A model generated the notes under the pieces. The model worked only from the letters and a program-made list of their open reading frames with translations. It was not told where the DNA came from and made no database searches. This document shows, one piece after another, positions 1 through 10,200 of a stretch of DNA of 64,000 nucleotides. The translations under genes were made by a program, and so were the position numbers. How positions within the stretch are numbered: the first letter of the stretch is position 1; the number at the start of each line of letters is the position of its first letter. Source of the stretch: Alphaproteobacteria bacterium (GTDB taxonomy: Bacteria; Pseudomonadota; Alphaproteobacteria; UBA8366; CAVOAK01); the NCBI GenBank assembly GCA_965217615.1, contig CBDCIT010000042.1, positions 649 through 64,648 of the forward strand, given 5' to 3'.

Positions 1-2555
1 GTTCGACCGCACGGATTGGCACAATCGAATACTGCTAGATGCTCGCGCTTCAGGTGAGGCGCGCCCTCAAGCGTCATAGCGCCACAGCAGTAGATATTCG
101 CGATTTCTATGTCTACTCGCGCGAAACCCAACTCCTTGAGAAGGTCAAACCCCACGCTATCAAGCTTCTCGGAGTCTATGCCCAGCGCGTCCTTGCAAAA
201 GTCGACACCGAGCGTCCACTTGTTAAAAGCAAACTTGATGTCGAAGGCGCTGGCGAGAGCCTCTTCGAGCCGCTCCAACGCCTCTTCCGTAAAGCCCTTA
301 CTCGCAAGACTCTCGTGGTTGATTGCAGGCGCGTCCTTTAGCGTGCCAAAGCCGACGGCGTAATTTGTGATGTCGTCGATCGAGTGGTCGTCATAGCCAA
401 GCGTCCCAAGCGCGTCCGGGACAGCGCCATTGATGATCTTAAAGTAGCCACCGCCAGCGAGCCTCTTGAACTTTACCAGGGCAAAGTCAGGCTCGATGCC
501 CGTTGTGTCACAATCCATAACGAGGCCGATGGTGCCGGTTGGCGCAACAACCGTGACCTGAGCGTTGCGAAATCCATGGGCATCGCCTAAAGCAAGCGCG
601 CGGTCCCAAACGGCCGCGGCCGCCAAACTCACTTCGGGCTGTGGACAATTGCTGTGGTCGAGCGGCACCGGTTTGACTGTAAGACCCTGATAGCCTGCGG
701 CGACGCCCTCAGCAGCACGACGGTGGTTGGCAATCACCCTCAACATCGCCTCGGAGTTGCGCGCATATCCGGGAAATGCGCCTAATTCTTCCGCCATTTC
801 AGCAGAGGTCGCATATGCACCGCCGGTAATAAGCGCGGTAACCGTGGCGCACAGTGCGCGACCTTCGGCGCTGTCGTAGCCAAAACCTGAGGCCATCAGC
901 AACCCACCCAAATTCGCATAGCCCAGACCCAAGGTCCGGTACTCATGTGATCGCCGGGCAATCTCTTTGGACGGGAACTGCGCCATCAGCACCGAAATTT
1001 CTAACGCGATCGTCCACAGCCGAACGGCGTGTTCGAGCGCTGGAACATCGATCAGACCGTCAGGTCCGCGCAACGCCATCAGGTTCAATGACGCGAGGTT
1101 ACACGCCGTATCGTCGAGGAACATATACTCTGAACATGGATTCGATGCGTTGATCGGTCCACTGTTTGGACATGTGTGCCAGTCATTAATCGTCGTATGA
1201 AATTGCACGCCGGGATCGGCCGACGCCCATGCAGCGTGCGCAATTTGGTCCCAAAGCTCGCTTGCCTTGAGCGTCTTCGCAGGTTCTCCGTCGACGCGAC
1301 GATAGAGTGTCCACTCGGCATCGTTCTCCACGGCTTCAATGAAGGCATTGGTGAGACGTACCGAGTTGTTGGAATTCTGGCCCGAGACAGTGCGGTAGGC
1401 CTCCGATTCCCAATCGGTGTCAAAGGTACGGAATTCGATCTGCTTGAAGCCCTGTTCGGCGAACTGGATTGCACGTTGGATATAATTCTCGGGGATCATC
1501 GCGCGGCGTGCATCGCGGAAGACGCGTTTCAATTCTCTGTTGTATTTGAGATCGCAAGCAGCGTCGCCTGCGCCATCCTGACATGCCGACATGATACGGT
1601 TGAGATGCTGATTGCAAAGCTTCGAGCCTGCAACCAGCGCCGCGACCTTTTGCTCCTCGTTAACCTTCCAATTGATATAGTCCTCGATGTCTGGGTGATC
1701 GATGTCGACAACGACCATCTTTGCGGCGCGGCGGGTTGTGCCTCCGGATTTTATGGCCCCTGCCGCGCGATCGCCGATTTTTAGGAAACTCATCAGACCC
1801 GATGATCTTCCGCCTCCAGAAAGCATTTCACCTTCGCCGCGCACGGCCGAGAAATTGGTGCCAGTGCCTGAGCCAAATTTGAAGAGTCGCGCCTCACGTA
1901 CCCACAACTCCATTATTCCATTCTCGTTGACCAGATCATCGGTCACGGACTGTATGAAGCAGGCGTGAGGCTGCGGATGTTCGTAGGCAGATTCTGACTC
2001 GGTCAATTCTCCTGTTCGGTGGTCGACGTAGTAATGACCTTGGCCCGGGCCCTCGATGCCGTAGGCCCAGTGGAGGCCAGTGTTGAACCATTGCGGCGAG
2101 TTAGGCGCGCCCATCTGTCGCGCCAGCATGAAACGCATTTCGTCATAGTAGGCGCGGGCATCGGTCTCGCCGTCGAAGTAACCGCCCTTCCACCCCCAAT
2201 ATGTCCAAGTGCCCACTAGTCGGTCGAAGACCTGGCGTGCGCTCATCTCCCCGACGTGACGTTCCTCCTCGGAAATCGACTGAAGTGCCGAGAGATCGGC
2301 TTCGTGGCGCCAAAGCCAGCCTGGAACATTGTCCTCAGAGACGACGCGCAATCGCGCTGGGATACCGGCCTTCCTGAAGTACTTTTGTGCGAGGACGTCG
2401 GTGGCGACTTGGCTCCAGGAAGATGGGACCTCGAGATTTTCAGCGCAAAACACGGTTGTACCGTCGGGATTGCGGATCTCGCTCGATGCAATCCGAAATG
2501 CTATTCCTTCGTAAGGGGATTCACCCTCGCGTGTGAATCGGCGTTGAATACGCAT
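1..2555 (-). CDS. nrdJ: Class II (adenosylcobalamin-dependent) ribonucleotide reductase; 3' end runs off the window
   Basis: Absent from the ORF track because it has no stop in the window. Manual translation of the minus strand gives MRIQRRFTREGESPY..., PNSPQWFNTGLHWAYGI, PQPHACFIQSV, ASNPCSEYMFLDDTACNLAS and VAPTGTIGLVMDCDTTGIEPDFALVKFK. A GGGGAG RBS precedes the ATG at 2555. Confidence 0.96.
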   Translation of the reverse strand, partial: MRIQRRFTREGESPYEGIAFRIASSEIRNPDGTTVFCAENLEVPSSWSQVATDVLAQKYFRKAGIPARLRVVSEDNVPGWLWRHEADLSALQSISEEERHVGEMSARQVFDRLVGTWTYWGWKGGYFDGETDARAYYDEMRFMLARQMGAPNSPQWFNTGLHWAYGIEGPGQGHYYVDHRTGELTESESAYEHPQPHACFIQSVTDDLVNENGIMELWVREARLFKFGSGTGTNFSAVRGEGEMLSGGGRSSGLMSFLKIGDRAAGAIKSGGTTRRAAKMVVVDIDHPDIEDYINWKVNEEQKVAALVAGSKLCNQHLNRIMSACQDGAGDAACDLKYNRELKRVFRDARRAMIPENYIQRAIQFAEQGFKQIEFRTFDTDWESEAYRTVSGQNSNNSVRLTNAFIEAVENDAEWTLYRRVDGEPAKTLKASELWDQIAHAAWASADPGVQFHTTINDWHTCPNSGPINASNPCSEYMFLDDTACNLASLNLMALRGPDGLIDVPALEHAVRLWTIALEISVLMAQFPSKEIARRSHEYRTLGLGYANLGGLLMASGFGYDSAEGRALCATVTALITGGAYATSAEMAEELGAFPGYARNSEAMLRVIANHRRAAEGVAAGYQGLTVKPVPLDHSNCPQPEVSLAAAAVWDRALALGDAHGFRNAQVTVVAPTGTIGLVMDCDTTGIEPDFALVKFKRLAGGGYFKIINGAVPDALGTLGYDDHSIDDITNYAVGFGTLKDAPAINHESLASKGFTEEALERLEEALASAFDIKFAFNKWTLGVDFCKDALGIDSEKLDSVGFDLLKELGFARVDIEIANIYCCGAMTLEGAPHLKREHLAVFDCANPCGR

Positions 2556-2744
2556 ACACGACTCCCCCAGCCTGCAATTCACCGGACGTTATGGCCGGCG
2601 CTATTTCTAATCCGGGGTTGGATTGCAGACCGGCGCTGTCGCTAGTTCGCGAACTGACCGACCTCCCCTCAGACCCACGGCACCTCACGACTCGAGATTT
2701 CTATCGTTCAAAGTCTCAATATCCTTGAGATAACAGCAAGTAAG

Positions 2745-2810
2745 TCACAATATCTTGCGTTGTGCAACAAGATATTGAGAAACTAATACTTGTGGCACAA
2801 TATATAGCTT
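2745..2810. promoter_or_regulatory. Cluster of three NrdR boxes
   Basis: tcacaatatcttgcgt (2745-2760), caacaagatattgaga (2765-2780) and gcacaatatatagctt (2795-2810) resemble the NrdR-box consensus acaCwAtATaTwGtgt and lie about 200 bp upstream of nrdJ. Confidence 0.8.
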
Positions 2811-4562
2811 GGAGGTCTCAAAGTTGGCGACGGGCCGGTCGGCACCAGCGCGAAACCCATTTCGCAGTTGGCAAAGATACATCCGTCGATTCGCTCAATC
2901 CAAACCGACGACGGTTGCAATGTGTTCAATGTTTAGGCTGTCCAGCGCCGATCAGGCCACACGTCAGTGGCCAGCAAAGATGTCGACGAGCCATTTCTGA
3001 AGCGGTCGGAGCCGTCCAATATGTCCGAAGCAATAGTTGGTTGCTCCGTCACTAAACAACTCATCCGGGTGCGGCTCATCGAACCAGGCGTATAGCAGTC
3101 CGTTGATTAAGTGGCTTTTTCCGGCTCTCACCCCCAGATGAAGAATGCGGCGGCGAAAGCCGACTGGCCGCTTTGCGAAACCCCCCGTGCCACCAGCATG
3201 GCCCCGGTGGGCGTGAGCAGAACGAAAATACCGCCATATCCGCCCGCCACGGCCTCCCGCGGGGTGCCGGCGCCGATGAGCTGGCGCATCAGTAACGATA
3301 GATTGTGGCCGGCGACGTGGAGCAGGTATCGCTTGTGCACATTCTCTCGCCCGCGCAGCCAGGTTCGTCGCATGCCGCCACGATCGAGGTTGTGGGCAAA
3401 GCAGCGCTCGACGATCTCGGCGCGCAGCTTGAAGGCCTCGCGGGCGACCCCGGACTTGAGCCGCGCACGGTTGTTGGTGACCGCGCGCCGCGCCGCCTCA
3501 TCACCGTGCCAGCGCGAAAAGCCGGTCTGCTTGGGCGCCGCGATCCGGGTCTTCCTGGGACTGTCGTCCAGAGCCCTCAAGACCGCCCGTGAGTGATAAC
3601 CTTTGTCGGCGACGCATTCGGCCGGGTCCTCCGCCGTCGGTGCCGCATCCACCGCCCCGAGGTTTGCCTCGGCCTTCGCCAGGGTCTTGGAAAGCGTCGT
3701 GGTGTCGCCCTCATCGGCCGGGTGCAGCTCGGCCGCCACCACCGCGCCGGTGTCCAGATCCACCGCGTGCTCGGGCTTGTAGGCCAGATGCGTCGTGCCG
3801 TCCTTCATCTTGGCGATCTTGGCCTCGGGGTCGCTCTTCGAAACCCAATCCGTGTTGGAAAGCTTCTTGCCCTTGCGCTTCCGCTCCAGACGCGCCAGAT
3901 CCTCGGCCGTGGGTGTCTCGACGCCGCTTTCCCGGGCCAGCATCTCCCGGTAGCCTTCGCCGTTGGCGCGCCGCACGATGTTCCGCAGCGCCGCGTTGGC
4001 CTCCATGGTCGAGGCATCGACGCCGATGCGCTCGCCCTTGATCAGCCCCGCCTCGGCGATCAGCACCAGAACCCAGTCGAAGACCGCCGCGTGGACTTCA
4101 TGGGGCAGGCGCGTGCGGCTCCGTGACAGCCAGGAATGGTCCGGTACCCGATCACGGCTCCCCAGTCGCAGGAACGCCCGCAGCGAAAGCGAGTCCGAGC
4201 AGCGCCACTCCAGACCGCGCTCGCTGTCGATGCCCTCGAAGTAGCCCACCAGGTGCATCCGGAAATAGCGCCCGGGCGGCACCGAGGGCGCGCCCATCCG
4301 GGCCGCGTAATAAGGCCGGCAGCTCGCCTCGGCAAAGGCGTCGAAGCCGCCCTCGATCAGCACCGACTGCAGGCGGTCATAAAACACATGACCCGGAGAG
4401 CGCGGCATCTCCGACCAGCTCACCATCAGATCCCCCTGACCTGTCAATCGGCGTGCAATATTGACCCCCTGAGTGGCACGGCGGAGGTTGTCCCGGTAGT
4501 CAATAGGGGGGACCCGAGCGGCTTCGTGTAGCGCCTTGCGGTGCGCGGAGCGAAGCCGCGTG

Positions 4563-4584
4563 GGCTTGACGTATACGTCAAGCC
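4563..4584. repeat. Perfect 22-bp palindrome downstream of istB
   Basis: ggcttgacgtatacgtcaagcc is its own reverse complement. Confidence 0.9.
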
Positions 4585-4631
4585 TGTTGACCCACCGGGG
4601 CAAGCGGGCCACAGGCACGGCCGGCGTCCGG

Positions 4632-5353
4632 TCAGGAGCGGTTCTTGAAGCGCCAGCTCTCGTTTCGATGATCTCGCAATGGTGGGTCAGGCGGTCGAGC
4701 AGCGCGGTGGTCATCTTGGGGTCGCCGAAGACGGAGGGCCATTCGCCGAAAGCGAGGTTGGTGGTGACGATGATCGAGGTGCGCTCGTAGAGCCGGCTCA
4801 TCAGGTGGAACAGCAGCTGGCCGCCGGCCTGGGCGAAGGGCAGATAGCCGAGTTCGTCGAGGATGACGAAGTCGCGTCGGACGAGTTGGTCCGCGGTACG
4901 GCCCTGGCGTCCGGAGCGGAGTTCGGCCTCGAGGTGGTTGACCAGGTCGTCGACGTTGTAGCAGCGGCCACGGGCGCCCTTTCTGATACAGGCGCGGGCG
5001 ATGGCGACGGCGAGATGGGTCTTGCCGGTGCCGGTGCCGCCGACCAGCACGATGTTGCGCTTGCTCTCCAGGAAGTCGCCGGCGGCGAGTTCCTGGATCA
5101 GGGGCTCATTGCCCGGGGAAGCGGCGAAGTCGAAGTCGGCCAGCTCCTTGGCCGTCGGCAGCTTGGCGGACGTCATCTGGTACTTGATGGAGCGCGCCTG
5201 CTTGTCGGCGACCTCGGTCTGCAGCAGCGTACCGATGATCTGCTGCACCGGATGACGGCGCTTGAGCCCGTCGGCGAGGATGTCGTCGTAGGCGGCGCGC
5301 ATGCCTGCAAGCTTCAGCGCCGTCATCATCGCCAGCACATCATGACGCTCCAT
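4632..5353 (-). CDS. istB: IstB AAA+ ATPase, frameshifted just before its normal stop
   Basis: Walker A GGTGTGKT, Walker B VILDELGY and ALLDRLTHH are present. The typical tail ESWRFKNRS* (stop 4632-4634) is out of frame after ...CEIIET. Confidence 0.9.
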
Positions 5354-6854
5354 GACCGGCCTCCCTCAGGCGGTCGTAGCGCTGACAGTCGGCCACCGGC
5401 TGGTGGCGAAGCTGCAGGCCCTCGGGCGTTGGGATGGCCGGCGGCGGCTGCTGCTGGCACTGCCGGGCGAGGATGTTGAGCACAACATCAGCGCTGCAGG
5501 CGCCGCAGGCGAGCGCTTCGGCGCAGGCCGCCTCGACCGCCTCCAGCCCGTCCTCCAGCACCGCCGCGAGGATTTTGACGATCTGACGATCGCCGTCGTC
5601 GCGGCCGGTGAGCCGCGCCCGTATGCGGCCCAGCGCGCCGGGCAGTTGCCAACCCTTGAAAGGCGCGCCATTCCTCAGCGCACCGGGCTTCCGTGTCAGG
5701 ATCGGCACGTAGTGCCATGGATTGCAGGCGATCTCACCGCGTCCAAAGCTCCGGGGGTGTTCGGCAACGGTCTCGCCATCCTGGCGGATGACAATACGAT
5801 CGGCATAGGCCCGCACGTCGACCGTCCGCCCGACGGCGCGGGCCGCCACGCTGTAGTGGTTGTTGTCGAAGCGCACCAGACAGGTCTTGGAGACCGATAC
5901 CTCGGTGGCGTGGAAGCCGTCGAAGGGGCCGCGATAGGCCATCAGGAAGGGCCGCTCCTCCTCGAACACCTGCCACACCGTCTTGCCCTCGATCGTCGGA
6001 TGCGGCCGCTTCTTGGCGTCCTCGATACACCGATCCATCAGCCACGCGTTGATCTCGGCGTAAGAGCCGCCCCGCGGGATGGGCACGAACAGGCGGCCGC
6101 GGACGTCACCCACCTGCCTCTCGACCTGGCCCTTCTCCCAGCCCGCACCCGGAGTGCACGCCACCGGCTCCACCAGATGGTGGGAGCACAGCTCCAGAAA
6201 GCGCCGGTTGTAGGCGCGCTCCTTGCCCACGAAGACCATGCTCACCGCCGTCTTCATGTTGTCGTAGATGCCCCGCCGGCAGACCCCGCCGAAGAAGCGG
6301 AAGGCGCGCTCATGCGCCTCGAACACCATCTCCTGGCTCTCGCGCGGGAAGATCTGAACCAGCTGCATACGGCTGTAGCAGAGCCGCATGTGCGCCGCCT
6401 TCACCTTGGTCGTCACACCCGACAGGCGCGCGTACTCGTGGCTCCAGTCGAACTGGTAGGCCTCGCCGGGATCGAAGCTCAGCGGCACAAAACCCTGCGA
6501 CGGCGACAACAGCCGCCACCGCCGCCGCCAGGTCCTGGCGTAGCGGCGCACCGCGTCGTAGCCGCCGCCATAGCCCAGAGCCGCAAGGTCTTCATGAATC
6601 CGCAGCAGAGACAGACGATCCCGGCGCGGCTTCTTCTCGTTGGCCTCAAGCCGGCGCTCCAGCTCACCCACCCACGGCCCCAGCTTCGGCAGCGGCTGGA
6701 TCTTGCGCTCGTAGCTGTAGGAGGTCTCATCGCCCCGTACCACCTTGCGCACCGTGTTCTTCGAAACCCTCAAATCCCGGGCGATCTTCTTGATCGGAAC
6801 GCCCTTCACCAGATGATCCCGACGGATCCGCGCAATCGTCTCCACAACCAGCAT
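5340..6854 (-). CDS. istA: IstA DDE transposase
   Basis: N-terminal HTH ([17 protein letters not shown]), [14 protein letters not shown] and GWEKGQVER. It overlaps the istB start. Confidence 0.95.
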   Translation of the reverse strand: MLVVETIARIRRDHLVKGVPIKKIARDLRVSKNTVRKVVRGDETSYSYERKIQPLPKLGPWVGELERRLEANEKKPRRDRLSLLRIHEDLAALGYGGGYDAVRRYARTWRRRWRLLSPSQGFVPLSFDPGEAYQFDWSHEYARLSGVTTKVKAAHMRLCYSRMQLVQIFPRESQEMVFEAHERAFRFFGGVCRRGIYDNMKTAVSMVFVGKERAYNRRFLELCSHHLVEPVACTPGAGWEKGQVERQVGDVRGRLFVPIPRGGSYAEINAWLMDRCIEDAKKRPHPTIEGKTVWQVFEEERPFLMAYRGPFDGFHATEVSVSKTCLVRFDNNHYSVAARAVGRTVDVRAYADRIVIRQDGETVAEHPRSFGRGEIACNPWHYVPILTRKPGALRNGAPFKGWQLPGALGRIRARLTGRDDGDRQIVKILAAVLEDGLEAVEAACAEALACGACSADVVLNILARQCQQQPPPAIPTPEGLQLRHQPVADCQRYDRLREAGHGAS

Positions 6855-7787
6855 CTCCCCCACCTCGTCTGTCCAAACAACAAGGTGTGTTCAAGAGCAC
6901 AAAACCAGGGGGGTCAATTTTGGACGCCGATTACCCCACCAAGGGGGTCAATATTCCACGCCGATCAACACCCCTGACCAGCCTTCTGCCGTCCCATCGC
7001 CATCGGCAAACCCCCCTGCAAATCAGGGAACCAGAGAATCAGACGGCGCCGACTTAATCAACGGGCTGATAGGCTCTTGTGACGCAACAGGACCGCGCGC
7101 GGGTGGTCGGCAGCGATGCCTGCTGGAATGCGCTTAAGCTCAGCGTCTCCCAACTCATAAGGTCCATTCTCGCGTACCGCCCTGAGTGCGCGATCTAGCG
7201 CCTTGCCCCATTTTGGGTCGACCACCGCGGCGCGGTAACGTTCAAGTTGTGGCGGCGTGAATCCATGCATGCCACCTCCGATGCCTAGTCCGGTGGCATC
7301 GACGCGAAGAAAAAATCCGGGACATTCCCGTTTCGTCCCTCTCCCTGCCAAAACATGATGCCCAACCAGTTTTTGTATGGTCGCTTGTCTTTCGAAAATC
7401 GAATGTCGCGGTTTATCCGCAAGATAGACCCGCCAATCCGCGGCTCTGCCTTCAGATCAGGCGATAGTGTCGACAACAGGTCAGCCATCTCCGCGACAAA
7501 CAGCTTTGCCGGTTCGACGAAGTTGTCCTGATACTCCGTCCGGTGGTCGTCGAACCATGCCTTGCTGTTGTTCTCGTCGAGCGCTTTTAGGAATTCGGGC
7601 AGGGCGCGTGGTAAACCCTCGAATGTCTGGATCGCCATGATCGTAATCCCCGAGATTATCTGGCGCGGAATGTCGACTTGGTCGTCTAGGTTGGCATCAT
7701 TAAATTATGGACGGTGGGCGGCGCGAATTGCGATCTGAATAGCACCGCAACCGCCGAAACGGCAATCTCGTGACGCCGACCGATCAC

Positions 7788-9181
7788 GGTTGTGTCTCGA
7801 AAGTGGTGGAAATTGGTTTTGGCGCCTCTCCGAGCGGGCTGAGTTTTGCGGCGGTCAGGCCGCTCGGTCAAGGGTTTCGTCGGCGATTAGCTGATCGAGG
7901 GTTTCCCATCCATCGACTTTGCGCATCTGGATTTGGCCGGAAGCGAGGAGCGCCCAGAGGAGCATCGGCACTGTTTCGGGACACGGCAGCACGGTCTGTG
8001 TTTTGATCCGGCGCTTGAACTCCTCGTTGAGACGCTCAATGGCGTTGGTCGTTCGGGCTGATTTCCATTGGCTCTTGGACAGGCGCGTGAAGGTAAAGAG
8101 CTTGTCGCCCGCTTCTGCGAGGCTGTCCGCGACGGCCCTGCATTTCAGCCGCCACTTGCGGACAAACGTCTTGCGGCGGGTTTCCACCTCGGAGGCAGTG
8201 TCGGCATAGATCATATCGCGGTAATCTTCGCTCAGCTCGTCATGCATGTGTTTGGGAGCATGACCCAGAAGGTTGCGGTGCTTGTGCACGGTGCAGCGTT
8301 GAACGGGAAGGTCATCGCCCCAAAGCGCCGACAGAGCCGCCTCCAGTCCCGGCGCGCCATCGACGATGACAAACCCGGGCCGTTTCAGTCCACGCGCATC
8401 AAGGTCGTCGAGGAACTGGCGCCACGCCGCCTGGCTTTCTCCGCCCATATTCCCGATCGAAAGCAAGACCTTCTGGCCATCCCGGCGCACCCCTATAGCC
8501 GCGAGAACCGAGATGTTGGTGGCCTTGCGATCCAGTCGGGTCTTGATCACAGTACCGTCAAGGATCAGCCGAACGATATCCTCATCCGCGAGGCCACGGC
8601 TGCACCAGGCGTCCCAATCGACCTTCACCTTGCGCCACGCCCGGCTCACAACGTCCTTGCTCACAGCACCCCGGAAGAGCCCGAACAGCGCGCGTTTCAC
8701 CCGCCGCGTGTTGGTTCCGGACAGATACACCGAAGCGATCAGCGCCTCGGCCTTTCTGGTCAGCCGCTGGTAGCGCGGCAGCGCCCGCGAACGCCATTCC
8801 GACGCCCGACCGTCTTCCTCAACGATCCGTGCACGCGGCACGCTCACCCTCTCGGTCCCGAATGTCCCCGTCAGTTGCCGCTCCCGGTGCCCGTTCCGAT
8901 ACCCTTGCCGAAGCGCGTCCTCTCGACCGTATCGGCAGCGCCCGAGAAACTGCGCAAGTTCCTCCTCAAAAACGGCCTCGATCGTGGATCTGATGTTCTC
9001 CCGCAGCCGGTCCTCGAGCGGATCATAGCCGGCGTCATTGGCCAGTAGCGAAAGCGCGGAAGTCTCGGTAGTGTTCTTCATGGCGTGATCTCCTTGGCGG
9101 TGCTAGCCGCCGGTTGGGTGGTTGTCTTGTCACCCGGAGATTACGCCATCCTCAAATTTCCACCACTTTCGAGACACAGCC
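7788..9181 (-). mobile_element. IS256-family insertion sequence
   Basis: 27-bp IRs ggttgtgtctcgaaagtggtggaaatt and aatttccaccactttcgagacacagcc differ at one position. The 8-bp target duplication ccgatcac lies at 7780-7787 and 9182-9189. Confidence 0.95.
7855..9081 (-). CDS. IS256-family (Mutator-type) transposase
   Basis: GYRNGHRER, ILDG, IVDGAPGL, QRCTVHKHRN and RTTNAIERLNEEFKRR; 408 aa, intact. Confidence 0.95.
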   Translation of the reverse strand: MKNTTETSALSLLANDAGYDPLEDRLRENIRSTIEAVFEEELAQFLGRCRYGREDALRQGYRNGHRERQLTGTFGTERVSVPRARIVEEDGRASEWRSRALPRYQRLTRKAEALIASVYLSGTNTRRVKRALFGLFRGAVSKDVVSRAWRKVKVDWDAWCSRGLADEDIVRLILDGTVIKTRLDRKATNISVLAAIGVRRDGQKVLLSIGNMGGESQAAWRQFLDDLDARGLKRPGFVIVDGAPGLEAALSALWGDDLPVQRCTVHKHRNLLGHAPKHMHDELSEDYRDMIYADTASEVETRRKTFVRKWRLKCRAVADSLAEAGDKLFTFTRLSKSQWKSARTTNAIERLNEEFKRRIKTQTVLPCPETVPMLLWALLASGQIQMRKVDGWETLDQLIADETLDRAA

Positions 9182-9316
9182 CCGATCACTGCGGTAGCGC
9201 ACTCGATGGAGTGTTGCCCACATTGGCGAGGGCCGGGATGTCATATATAATTGCCTCATAAGTGTCTCATTCCCGTGATCGGCTTGAGCACCCACCGCGA
9301 GGGAAGTCCAAAAGCT

Positions 9317-9676
9317 ATGACGACGATCGGTACGCGGCTGCATACTTGGCTGAACGGCGAGCAGGTTGGCGCCGACGATTTCGGTCACCGCTACTTTCAA
9401 GAAAAGCGGCCGCCGACGAGCCGGCGCCGCAAGCGCTGGGTCATTTATCGTGGCGAGGACGAAGCGAGCGCCGTACCACCCGAGTGGCATGCTTGGCTCC
9501 ACTATATGTTCGATGATCCGCCCGAGGATGCTGGTCGCCCCAAACACTCGTGGCAGAAGTTTCATGTGCCCAATCTCACAGGCACACCACAGGCTTATCG
9601 ACCACCGGGACACACGCTCCAGGGCGGAAAACGTGCGCCGGCGACTGGGGACTACGAGCCATGGACTCCGGGCTGA
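9317..9676 (+). CDS. NADH:ubiquinone oxidoreductase 17.2-kDa subunit (NDUFA12 family)
   Basis: GADDFGHRY, RWVIY...EASAVPPEWHAWLH, PNLTGT...YRPPG and DYEPWTP; this gene normally sits near nrdJ in alphaproteobacteria. Confidence 0.92.
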   Translation: MTTIGTRLHTWLNGEQVGADDFGHRYFQEKRPPTSRRRKRWVIYRGEDEASAVPPEWHAWLHYMFDDPPEDAGRPKHSWQKFHVPNLTGTPQAYRPPGHTLQGGKRAPATGDYEPWTPG

Positions 9677-9689
9677 ACGGATCCGTGCC

Positions 9690-10175
9690 GTGAATAAAGA
9701 CACCTTGCATGTTCTCGTTGGCGCATGCGTCATGATGTTGGGCGCACTGTTTATTGTCACGGCGTATAGCGAGCGGCAGGCAGGGCCTTCCGGCGGCTAC
9801 GAGCTGACCGCTCGGTTCAATAATATTGATGGAATTCAAAACGGCAGCGACGTGCTGCTGGCCGGCGTGCCGGTTGGCAGCGTAAGCCGCGTCGACTTCA
9901 ATCCGCTAACCCATCAGGCAATTCTCACATTGCGATTGCGGTCCCATGTCAAATTGCCAATCGACACGGTTGCAATGGTTCTTAGCGAAGGCATATTGGG
10001 CAACAAATACCTCAAACTCGAGCCTGGAGGAGATCTCGACATGCTCGGGCCTGGCGACGAGTTCGAGTTCGTCCAGGACTCGGTGATTTTCGAGGAACTG
10101 TTGCAGAAAGTCATACTTGCGGCGGAGGCGAAACGACTTAAGGACCGCGGGGAAAGCGGAGACTCGACGAATTGA
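9690..10175 (+). CDS. mlaD: MlaD/MCE-domain protein (paralogue 1)
   Basis: N-terminal TM segment, YELTARFNNIDGIQNGSDVLLAGVPVGSV and SEGILGNKYLKLEPGG; the GTG start is inferred. Confidence 0.85.
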   Translation: MNKDTLHVLVGACVMMLGALFIVTAYSERQAGPSGGYELTARFNNIDGIQNGSDVLLAGVPVGSVSRVDFNPLTHQAILTLRLRSHVKLPIDTVAMVLSEGILGNKYLKLEPGGDLDMLGPGDEFEFVQDSVIFEELLQKVILAAEAKRLKDRGESGDSTN

Positions 10176-10200
10176 CGACTGCAAAGTAGAGAGGCCGTCC

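Larger units (their letters stand above)
4442..6970 (-). mobile_element. IS21-family insertion sequence
   Basis: TG...CA ends are tgtcaatcggcgtgcaatattgacccc and ggggtcaatattccacgccgatcaaca, with a second subterminal repeat near 6908-6931. The direct repeat cccctgacc lies at 4433-4441 and 6971-6979. The element contains an istA-istB pair. Confidence 0.95.
3128..7003 (-). pseudogene. IS1182-family DDE transposase interrupted near codon 11 by IS21
   Basis: The start MAMGRQKAGQG is at 7003-6971. The body ...[22 protein letters not shown]..., [23 protein letters not shown] is at 4432-3128. Excising IS21 and one 9-bp repeat restores the frame. Confidence 0.88.
3096..7068 (-). mobile_element. IS1182-like (IS5/IS1182) insertion sequence carrying a nested IS21
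   Basis: Terminal IRs cagtccgttgattaagt (3096-3112) and acttaatcaacgggctg (7052-7068) match at 16/17. The 4-bp target duplication ATAG lies at 3092-3095 and 7069-7072. Confidence 0.9.
2964..7638 (-). pseudogene. DUF2461 (TIGR02453-like) gene split by the IS1182-like element, with an additional 1-nt frameshift near 7338
   Basis: The N-terminus reads ENNSKAWFDDHR...RINRDIRFSKDKRPYK. Removing 3096-7068 and one ATAG joins ...LLRHKSL-YAWFDEPHPDELFS...WLVDIFAGH* in frame, with the stop at 2964-2966. Confidence 0.85.

Noticed and set aside
1-2555. Many short + strand ORFs over 1-2650, and a possible intein or intron in nrdJ
   Set aside because: The ORFs are antisense shadows of nrdJ. The visible nrdJ frame is continuous and I saw no inserted domain.
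2556-2960. Cobalamin riboswitch upstream of the B12-dependent reductase
   Set aside because: No recognisable B12-box or core motifs; NrdR boxes account for the conserved-looking sequence.
3128-5353. Treating the 741-aa ORF as a native single gene of a new transposon family
   Set aside because: The IS21 end and the 9-bp duplication lie inside the ORF, and the missing transposase start is found at 6971-7003. It is a secondary chimera, reported as a finding.
5352-6977. 541-aa + strand ORF, and similar long antisense ORFs at 8068-9048 and 59868-61364
   Set aside because: These are antisense to GC-rich transposases and show no recognisable motifs.
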